A DNA stretch of 32,000 bases, taken from assembly GCF_000014785.1 (NCBI RefSeq), contig NC_008340.1, positions 1,320,001-1,352,000 on the forward strand, written 5' to 3'. The DNA is from Alkalilimnicola ehrlichii MLHE-1 (lineage in GTDB: Bacteria > Pseudomonadota > Gammaproteobacteria > Nitrococcales > Halorhodospiraceae). Position numbers and translations under genes: made by a program. This document shows positions 8,693 through 16,219 of this stretch, in pieces (the first letter of the stretch is position 1; each line of letters begins with the position of its first letter). The notes under the pieces are model-generated. The model did no database searches, was not told the DNA's origin, and was given only the letters and a program-made list of their open reading frames with translations.

Positions 8693-10360
8693 ATGCGCGA
8701 CTGGTTCAAGCGGGGTACGCCCTGGATCTGGCTCAACGCCGGTGCCGTGGCCATCTCTATCGTGATGGTGGTGGGGCTGATCGCCCACATCGCCTGGAAC
8801 GGCCTGCAGCACTTCTGGCCCAGCAACGTGGTGGCCTTCGAGTACAGCGAGCCGGGCCGGGAGACCCGACAGGTGCTGGGCGAGGTGGACGCGGCCGAGA
8901 CCCTCACCGCCCCGGCGGCCCGGGAGCGGGGCTTCGATGTGGCCGACGACGATGCCCTGGTCACCCGCTACCGGATCAAGCGGGGCAACCGGGACGTGGA
9001 CGGCCGGGACTTCGCCTGGTTCGCCGGCCCCAGCATGTCCGAGTGGAGCTACCCCGAGGACGTGGTGGTGATGGAGCGCCGCCAGTGGGGGGACTTCATC
9101 GGCTACCTGCGCGAGGTGCGGGTGGACGGCGAGGCGGTGGCCCAGGGCGATGAGGCCGCCTGGACCCGCTTCGATGAGCTCTTCCAGGACAACCGCGGCC
9201 GGATCGAGGAGATCGGCCATATCGAGCGGGTGGAGATCGGCGCGGTCAACGCGGCCATCGAGGAGCTGCGCCTGGCCCAGCGCCGCCTGGACGCCGACGA
9301 GACCCTTTCCGAAGAGGCGCGTGCCGAACAGGCCGCCGCCATTCAGGCGGACCGGGATCGCTGGGAGGAGGAGTACGAAGGGCTGGTGGAGCGCCGCGAC
9401 GAGCTGCTGCGCGAGGTGGCCCGTTTCTCGCTGCTGATGGAGACCGCCTCCGGCGAGCAGGTGGAGATCGCCATGGGCGACGTGGTGAAGCCCTGGCGGC
9501 CCAACGCCATGGGCGTGGGCGAGAAGATGGCCTTCTACGTGCGCGACTTCTGGGACTTCGTCACCGGCTACCCCCGCGAGGCCAACACCGAGGGGGGCAT
9601 CCTGCCGGCCATCTTCGGCACGGTGCTGATGACCATCGTCATGGCCATCTTCGTCACCCCCTTCGGGGTGCTGGCGGCCATCTACCTGCGGGAGTACGCC
9701 AAGCAGGGGCCGCTCACCCGCACCATCCGCATCGCGGTGAACAACCTGGCCGGGGTGCCCTCCATCGTCTTCGGCGTCTTCGGGCTGGGTTTCTTTGTCT
9801 ACTTCGTGGGCGGGGGTATCGACCAGCTCTTCTACGGCGAGCGGCTGCCGTCGCCCACCTTCGGCAAGGGCGGGGTGCTCTGGGCCTCGCTGACCCTGGC
9901 GCTGCTGACCCTGCCGGTGGTCATCGTGGCCACGGAGGAGGGGCTGTCCCGCATCCCCGGCTCCATCCGCCACGGGGCGCTGGCCCTGGGCGCCACTAAG
10001 AGCGAGATGCTCTGGCGCACGGTGGTGCCCCTGGCCACGCCGGCGATGATCACCGGGCTGATCCTGGCCGTGGCCCGGGCGGCGGGGGAGGTGGCGCCGC
10101 TGATGCTGGTGGGCGTGGTGAAGTTGGCCCCGCAGCTGCCGGTGAGCGGCGACTTCCCCTTCGTGCACCTGGAGCGCAGCTTCATGCACCTGGGCTTCCA
10201 CATCTTCGACGTGGGCTTCCAGAGCCCCAACGTGGAGGCTGGCCGGCCGCTGGTCTACGCCACCGCGCTGATCCTGCTGATGGTCATCGTGGTGCTGAAC
10301 CTCTCCGCCATCTCCATCCGCAACTACCTGCGCGAACGCTACAAGGCGCAGAGCGACTGA
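8693..10360 (+). CDS. pstA: Phosphate ABC transporter permease PstA with extended periplasmic/coiled-coil insertion
   Basis: ...[74 protein letters not shown]...[47 protein letters not shown]. Confidence 0.93.
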   Translation: MRDWFKRGTPWIWLNAGAVAISIVMVVGLIAHIAWNGLQHFWPSNVVAFEYSEPGRETRQVLGEVDAAETLTAPAARERGFDVADDDALVTRYRIKRGNRDVDGRDFAWFAGPSMSEWSYPEDVVVMERRQWGDFIGYLREVRVDGEAVAQGDEAAWTRFDELFQDNRGRIEEIGHIERVEIGAVNAAIEELRLAQRRLDADETLSEEARAEQAAAIQADRDRWEEEYEGLVERRDELLREVARFSLLMETASGEQVEIAMGDVVKPWRPNAMGVGEKMAFYVRDFWDFVTGYPREANTEGGILPAIFGTVLMTIVMAIFVTPFGVLAAIYLREYAKQGPLTRTIRIAVNNLAGVPSIVFGVFGLGFFVYFVGGGIDQLFYGERLPSPTFGKGGVLWASLTLALLTLPVVIVATEEGLSRIPGSIRHGALALGATKSEMLWRTVVPLATPAMITGLILAVARAAGEVAPLMLVGVVKLAPQLPVSGDFPFVHLERSFMHLGFHIFDVGFQSPNVEAGRPLVYATALILLMVIVVLNLSAISIRNYLRERYKAQSD

Positions 10361-10448
10361 GGCCCGGACCGGGTCGACGAATCCGGTCGCCGGAAGGGCG
10401 GCCGCAGGGGCCGGAAGGCCCGATAACGAATTCACGGAGTACCGAGCC

Positions 10449-11306
10449 ATGGTGAGCACGATGATGAACGAACAGCAACAGGGTGGCATGACCCACGGCT
10501 ACAACGTCGAGGCGCTGAAAAACAAGCCCAAGTCCAAGCCGGGCAAGGCCACCGACACCTGCTTGGAGGTGAGCGACCTGCAGCTCTGGTACGGGCAGGA
10601 CAAGGTGTTGAAGGGCGTCGACATGGAGATCCCACGGGGGCGGATTACCGCCTTTATCGGCCCTTCCGGCTGCGGCAAGTCCACCCTGCTGCGCTGCTTC
10701 AACCGCATGAACGACCTGATCGACAACTGCCGCATCGAGGGCCACATCCGCATCGACGGCGAAGACATCTACGACCGCCGGGTGGACATCCCCGAGCTGC
10801 GCCGCCGGGTGGGCATGGTCTTCCAGAAGCCCAACCCCTTCCCCAAGTCCATCTACGAGAACGTGGCCTACGGCCTGCGCCTGCAGGGCGTGCGCAACCG
10901 GCGGGTGCTGGACGAGGTGGTGGAGCGCTCCCTCAAGCGCGCCGCTCTGTGGGACGAGGTGAAGGACCGCCTGCACGAGAACGCTTTGGGCCTGAGTGGC
11001 GGTCAGCAGCAGCGGCTGGTAATCGCCCGCGCCGTGGCGGTGGAGCCGGAGGTGCTGCTGCTGGACGAGCCCGCCTCCGCCCTGGACCCGCTGGCCACGC
11101 TGAAGATCGAGGAGCTGATGTTCGAGCTCAAGGAGGAGTACACCATCGCCATCGTCACCCACAACATGCAGCAGGCGGCCCGGGTGTCCGATTACACCGC
11201 CTTCATGTACCTGGGGGAACTGGTGGAGTTCAACGACACCGACACCCTGTTCACTACCCCGGCGAAGAAGCAGACCGAGGACTACATTACCGGTCGCTAT
11301 GGTTGA
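10449..11306 (+). CDS. pstB: Phosphate ABC transporter ATP-binding protein PstB
   Basis: Walker [24 protein letters not shown], signature [34 protein letters not shown]-terminus [14 protein letters not shown]. Confidence 0.97.
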   Translation: MVSTMMNEQQQGGMTHGYNVEALKNKPKSKPGKATDTCLEVSDLQLWYGQDKVLKGVDMEIPRGRITAFIGPSGCGKSTLLRCFNRMNDLIDNCRIEGHIRIDGEDIYDRRVDIPELRRRVGMVFQKPNPFPKSIYENVAYGLRLQGVRNRRVLDEVVERSLKRAALWDEVKDRLHENALGLSGGQQQRLVIARAVAVEPEVLLLDEPASALDPLATLKIEELMFELKEEYTIAIVTHNMQQAARVSDYTAFMYLGELVEFNDTDTLFTTPAKKQTEDYITGRYG

Positions 11307-11401
11307 CCGGATAAGGGTCGCCGGGGAGGGGGCAGCGGAATCGAGGCCGCCAAGACAGAGGCACCAAGATAGGTTGGCCATTAGAGGGCGTCGAAGTCGG
11401 T

Positions 11402-11526
11402 GGTGCCGGGCTGCGGGGGCGGTTCGTCGTTCATGGGGTGTAGGCGGCATGGATGCCGCCTTCAAGCGTACAGGGATGTATTCACAGCGTCCCCATGAAC
11501 GACGAACCGCCCCGCAGTCCGGCACC
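11402..11526. repeat. Palindromic repeat element (MITE/REP-like) between pstB and phoU
   Basis: Left arm 11402-11438 and right arm 11491-11526 are inverted copies with one substitution and one indel. The core holds a perfect inner palindrome GGCGGCAT-GG-ATGCCGCC (11443-11460) followed by GTACAGGGATGTATTCACAGCG. Confidence 0.85.
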
Positions 11527-11573
11527 ACCCAACCCAAGCCGCCATAGCTACAGTCAATACAGGTCGAACCACC

Positions 11574-12296
11574 ATGGACAACAACTTTTTCCAGCAACAC
11601 ATCTCCCAACAGTTCAACGAAGAACTGGAAGACATCCTCCGGAAAGTCATGACCATGGGCGGCCTCGTCGAGCAGCAGCTCGCCGACGGCGTGGCGGCCC
11701 TGGTCGAAGGCGACAGCGCCAAGGCCGAAAAGGTGATCACCAGCGACTACCGGATCAACGACCTGGAAGTGGCGCTGGACGACGAGTGCAGCCACATAAT
11801 CGCCCGCCGTCAACCCACCGCCACCGACCTGCGTCTGCTGATCGCCGTGATCAAGGCTATCACCGACCTGGAGCGCATGGGCGACGAGGCCGAGCGCATC
11901 GGCCGCATGGCCCTGCACCTGCTGGAGCGGGACCGCAACCACAGCCCCGTCGACGAACTGGCCGTGCTGGGCGAGCATGTCCGCCAGATGCTGCGCGGCG
12001 CTCTGGACGCCTTCGCCCGCATGGACCCCGACCAGGCCGTCCGCGTTGCGCAGCAGGACATCCAGGCGGACAGCCAGTACGAACAGATCATGCGCGAATT
12101 GATGAACTACATGGCCGAGGAACCGGCCTCCATCCCGCGCATCATGGACATCGTCTGGTCCGCCCGCGCCCTGGAGCGCATCGGCGACCGCTCACGCAAC
12201 ATTTGTGAATACGTCGTCTACTGCGTCAAGGGCAAGGACGTGCGCCACACCAGCTTCGACCAGATGGCGGAGCAGGCCACGGGGGACCGGCGTTAG
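11574..12296 (+). CDS. phoU: Phosphate-signalling regulator PhoU
   Basis: MDNNFFQQHISQQFNEELEDILRKVMTMGGLVEQQLADGVAAL...IARRQPTATDLRLLIAVIKAITDLERMGDEAERIGRMA...ALERIGDRSRNICEYVVYCVKGKDVRH. Confidence 0.96.
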   Translation: MDNNFFQQHISQQFNEELEDILRKVMTMGGLVEQQLADGVAALVEGDSAKAEKVITSDYRINDLEVALDDECSHIIARRQPTATDLRLLIAVIKAITDLERMGDEAERIGRMALHLLERDRNHSPVDELAVLGEHVRQMLRGALDAFARMDPDQAVRVAQQDIQADSQYEQIMRELMNYMAEEPASIPRIMDIVWSARALERIGDRSRNICEYVVYCVKGKDVRHTSFDQMAEQATGDRR

Positions 12297-12465
12297 TCGC
12301 GAACCCACGCGGAGAGAGTCAGTCGTTGCCGTCCGGGCAATGAGGCAGCGGCAGCGCCGTGCCCGTCCGGTGCTGGACCGCACAGGGGCATGGTAGATCC
12401 ATGGCTGTTATGCCACAGGTGGTCGGCCCGACGGGGCGGTACGGGGCCCGAGCCGGTCATTTCCG

Positions 12466-13476
12466 CTACAGGCCGTACTTGGGCGGGAAGTAGGACAGCG
12501 GGGGCTCGCGGTTCAGCCACTCCTCGGCGAGTTCTTCGGCTTCGGCGATTTCATCTTCGGTCATGCGGTCGCGTTCTCGCCCAAGAATGCCCTCGGCCGT
12601 GCTATCTCGCGTCTCTTCATAAACCGCGTGAAGTATGGCCCAACCCTTGACCGTGTCATCTGCGTCGTCCGGGCAGAAATCCGCCCAGGTATTATCCAGG
12701 TAGCACCAGCCAACGGCGAGACGACCGCTGATATGGCCATGTCGGGAACTTTTTTTCGTCCATTTCCAGTCTTCGTTATACCGCTCCTGATCCCGCAAGG
12801 CTAGGGACAGGTTGTACATCCCCGGGGCGTAGCCCTGCTCGGCGGCCTTGCGGAACCAGGGCTCGGCGGCCTTGACGTCTTCCAGCGGCGGGGGCCATTC
12901 GCCGGAGCGCTCCTGAATACGACTCGCCCACAGGTCTTGTGCCTGTGGGAGGCCCGCCCTGGCAGCGTTGCGTAACCAGTTCCGACCCTCTTCCACCTCC
13001 TCCAGCGCAACATAGATCGAATACAGTGCAAGCATGGCATCCGGATCCCCTTCCTCGGCTTTGGGGAGTTCCTGGCCCAGGGCCATTTCTGCCCAGGTGT
13101 CATGCTCTTCGGGGCAGATGTCGGCCAGCTCGCAGATCATGCCCCAATTCAGACGAAGCATGGCGTAGGGATCCCCGCCCTCCGCCGCGCGGTGGTACCA
13201 GTCGATGGCCTCGTGGGACATGCCACGGTCCATAAAGCGGTAGATCTCGCCAAGGGTGTACATGGACTCAACATCGCCGGCCTCGGCGGCCTTTTCCAGG
13301 TGGTGGATGGCCACGCTGCGCCAGCGGATGCCGTACAGGCGCATGCCTTCTTCCTTGGCCTGTTGTTGCTCGGCATCGAGCTCTGGGGATGTTGTGTCTT
13401 CGCCTTTGTTGGCTTGAGCCGTCCCGGCCCATAAGCCAACGATCAAGAGGAAAACCATTGTTCTTGTGCAGGGCAT
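12466..13476 (-). CDS. Exported Sel1-repeat protein, candidate T6SS immunity protein (copy A)
   Basis: Signal peptide MPCTRTMVFLLIVGLWAGTAQA; Sel1-like repeats (AAEAGDVESMYTLGEIYRF, AAEGGDPYAMLRL, AEEGDPDAMLALYSIYV, AAEQGYAPGMYNLSLAL). Paralogous to 15156-16169. Confidence 0.82.
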   Translation of the reverse strand: MPCTRTMVFLLIVGLWAGTAQANKGEDTTSPELDAEQQQAKEEGMRLYGIRWRSVAIHHLEKAAEAGDVESMYTLGEIYRFMDRGMSHEAIDWYHRAAEGGDPYAMLRLNWGMICELADICPEEHDTWAEMALGQELPKAEEGDPDAMLALYSIYVALEEVEEGRNWLRNAARAGLPQAQDLWASRIQERSGEWPPPLEDVKAAEPWFRKAAEQGYAPGMYNLSLALRDQERYNEDWKWTKKSSRHGHISGRLAVGWCYLDNTWADFCPDDADDTVKGWAILHAVYEETRDSTAEGILGRERDRMTEDEIAEAEELAEEWLNREPPLSYFPPKYGL

Positions 13477-13534
13477 TACCGATACCTCTGTTGGGCCTTC
13501 GCAAACCGCCCGTTGTCGTCGCATGCCTTCCTTT

Positions 13535-15151
13535 CTACTGAATGTGGCGGGAAAGCCAGCCGGCATTCTGTCTGTATTTCCTTTGCATATCGGATTGCTC
13601 AGGGGTAGCGCGGCCCCCTGATATGAACTGATCCAGCCGCCCTCGGTTCTCGGCATACGCATCGGCCCTCGATGCGTCGGTAGGCTGTCCGTCTCGGGCC
13701 ATGCGCACCACGGCCTTTTCAAACAACTTTTGCGCCGGGTTCGGGTGCTCTGCGGAGAACTCGCGCCGGGGCCCGTAGACGCCGGCCAGGACGCCGGAGA
13801 CAATCCATTGCAGGCAGTTGAGGATCGCCCGCTGGTGGAATCCTCGTGCTTGCTCCACGTTGTATTGGTTCTCCTCCACCTCGAACGCCTGCGGCTGACT
13901 GGTCAGGGTATAAAGCAGCGGCCCGAGGGCCTCGGGCGGCAGTTGGCGCACCCAGGCGCGCAGTTGCTGGACGCGCTTGTGGTGTTCCCGACTGGCCTCC
14001 GGGTCATACCGGAGGTTGGGCGGTTCCTCGGCGGCGAGTTCGTAGGCGATCCGGCTGGCCATGTCCCGCTCCCGGGTGAACCATTCGATCAGCTGGCGCA
14101 GGCGGTGGGTGCCGCGCAGCAGGAGCAGGGCGGGTTCGACCAGGGTGATGGCGGCGAGGTAGGCCAGGCGGCTCATCTCCTCGAAGGCGTCTTCGTCGAT
14201 CCAGTCGACGCGCTCGTAGCCGACCTCCACCAGCGCCTGGTGCATCATGGCGAGCCAGAGGTCGAGGTGGCGGGTGTCGAGGGCCAGGCGCACGCTGCCC
14301 CCGCCGCCGACGCCGAGCACCAGGCGCAGGGAGGCGTGCAGCACGAAGCGGCCGTTGTGCAGGCCGAGCCGGAAGGCGGCCTCGCCGCCGACCCCGACGC
14401 GTACTTCGGGGTTGATCTCGGCACGGGTCAGGGTTTTCCACTGGCGGGCCTCGTCCCGGGCGTAGCCCGCGCGGTCGATCTCGGCCATGGCCTGGTAGCG
14501 CGGCAGGCGCGCGAGCAGGTTCGCCGGCGGCTGCCAGAGCAGACGGCAGTGGTTGTGGCCGGCCAGTCCGGTGCCGGCGAAGGCCTCCAGTCGGGCATCG
14601 ACGCCGTCGCGCTCCACGGGGGCGAGGCCGTTGACGGCGAGACGGCCCCCGGCGGTGTCGAGCCCGACGCCGCCGCCCAGCGCCACGGAGACGGCGGCAT
14701 GGCCGTGGAGCACGGGCTCGATGTGCAGGCAGTAGCGGCCGATGGAGCGGGCATCGGGGTGATTGGCATCAAGGCCGAAGGGGACGATGACCGGCTCCGC
14801 CTTGGCGGGATCGGGCAGCTGGATGGGCGCGAGGGCGATCTCGCCACGGCCGAAGTCGAAGGCGTGCTGGCCCTGCGTTCGCAGCGGCGTCGTCGCGCCG
14901 TTGGCCCCGGGCTCCACGGTGGGAACGATGACGTGACCGTCCAGGGCCAGGCTGGGGGTGACCGCGAAACTCTGCCCGGATTGGCCGGGACCGGTGCCGA
15001 CGGCGTCGTCATGGCGGGCGGTGATCCCGATGCGGACGCCGTTTCCGGAGGCATCGTGCTCCGGGTCGGCCTGCGCCAGGGATTCGGGCAGGCGGCAACT
15101 ATTCCAAGGGAGCCAACCGGTCCGGGCGGTGACCTGCCAAAACAGGAGCAT
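13535..15151 (-). CDS. Orphan C-terminal module of the T6SS-type effector (lacks the N-terminal ~600 aa)
   Basis: Near identical from GQHAFDFGRGEIALAPIQLPDPAKAEPVIVPFGLD onward to 16220-17520. Candidate ATG at 15151 lies 4 nt after the Sel1 copy B stop (15158-15156). Confidence 0.72.
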   Translation of the reverse strand: MLLFWQVTARTGWLPWNSCRLPESLAQADPEHDASGNGVRIGITARHDDAVGTGPGQSGQSFAVTPSLALDGHVIVPTVEPGANGATTPLRTQGQHAFDFGRGEIALAPIQLPDPAKAEPVIVPFGLDANHPDARSIGRYCLHIEPVLHGHAAVSVALGGGVGLDTAGGRLAVNGLAPVERDGVDARLEAFAGTGLAGHNHCRLLWQPPANLLARLPRYQAMAEIDRAGYARDEARQWKTLTRAEINPEVRVGVGGEAAFRLGLHNGRFVLHASLRLVLGVGGGGSVRLALDTRHLDLWLAMMHQALVEVGYERVDWIDEDAFEEMSRLAYLAAITLVEPALLLLRGTHRLRQLIEWFTRERDMASRIAYELAAEEPPNLRYDPEASREHHKRVQQLRAWVRQLPPEALGPLLYTLTSQPQAFEVEENQYNVEQARGFHQRAILNCLQWIVSGVLAGVYGPRREFSAEHPNPAQKLFEKAVVRMARDGQPTDASRADAYAENRGRLDQFISGGRATPEQSDMQRKYRQNAGWLSRHIQ

Positions 15152-15155
15152 TCCG

Positions 15156-16169
15156 CTACAGGCCGTACTTGGGCGGGAAATAGGACAGCGGGGGCTCGCG
15201 GTTCAGCCACTCCTCGGCGAGTTCTTCGGCTTCGGCGATTTCTTCGTCGCTGAGAAGATCCGAAAACTCCTCCATATACCAGCGAGCATCATCATGGCGA
15301 GTTTCTTCGTACGCTGCATGAAGGATGGCCCAGCCCTTGATCGGATCGCTGTCATTGGGGCAGTAAGGCCGGTCCTCGGGCTTGAGATGGCACCGACCGT
15401 AAGTCACTCGATTATTTACATAGCCATGCTCGGACCCGCGCACGACCCATTTCCATGAGCCCTCGACGTCGTCCTGTCGCCAGAGATTGCCGGCCAGGTT
15501 ATTCATAGCCGGGGCATACCCTTGTTCGGCCGCCTTGCGGAACCAGGGCTCGGCGGCCTGCACGTCTTCCAGCGGCGGGGGCCACTCGCCGGAGCGTTCC
15601 TGAATACGACTCGCCCATAGGTCTTGTGCCTGTGGGAGGCCCGCCCTGGCAGCGTTGCGCAACCAGTTCCGACCTTCTTCAACATCTTCTAGCGCAACAT
15701 AGATCGAATACAGTGCAAGCATGGCATCCGGATCCCCTTCCTCCGCTTTGGGGAGTTCCCGGTCCAGAGCCATTTCTGCCCAGGAGTCATGCTCTTCGGG
15801 GCAGATGTCGGCCAGCTCGCAGATCATGCCCCAATTCAGACGGAGCATGGCGTAGGGATCCCCGCCCTGCGCCGCGCGGTGATACCAGTCGATCGCTTCG
15901 CGGGACATACCCCGGTCCAGCAGCCGGTTGGCCTCGCCCAGGTAGTACATGGCCTCGACATCACCGGCCTCGGCCGCTTTTTCCAACGGGGGCTGCATGT
16001 CGATCCATTCATGCAGGCCCCACAGGCGCATGCCTTCTTCCTTGGCTTGATGGAGGGGTTCGTCAAGGCTGAGCTCAGAGGTGGCACTGGCCGGTATCAA
16101 CGAACTCCCCACTGCTATCAGAAATGCTGGAAGCCAGAAACGTGTGACGCTTTTGCCGATGAGAGACAT
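15156..16169 (-). CDS. Exported Sel1-repeat protein, candidate T6SS immunity protein (copy B)
   Basis: Signal peptide MSLIGKSVTRFWLPAFLIAVGSSLIPASA; Sel1-like repeats; same LNREPPLSYFPPKYGL ending as copy A. Confidence 0.84.
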   Translation of the reverse strand: MSLIGKSVTRFWLPAFLIAVGSSLIPASATSELSLDEPLHQAKEEGMRLWGLHEWIDMQPPLEKAAEAGDVEAMYYLGEANRLLDRGMSREAIDWYHRAAQGGDPYAMLRLNWGMICELADICPEEHDSWAEMALDRELPKAEEGDPDAMLALYSIYVALEDVEEGRNWLRNAARAGLPQAQDLWASRIQERSGEWPPPLEDVQAAEPWFRKAAEQGYAPAMNNLAGNLWRQDDVEGSWKWVVRGSEHGYVNNRVTYGRCHLKPEDRPYCPNDSDPIKGWAILHAAYEETRHDDARWYMEEFSDLLSDEEIAEAEELAEEWLNREPPLSYFPPKYGL

Positions 16170-16219
16170 GGCGCTGTTCCTTTGCTTGCGCAATTCAAAA
16201 TACGGTCCCACTGTAAAAC

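Noticed and set aside
6461-10489. 1342 aa minus-strand ORF antisense to pstC/pstA
   Set aside because: Composition (His/Ala/Gly/Gln/Val-rich, no domains) is a typical GC-rich shadow of the strongly supported pstC and pstA genes.
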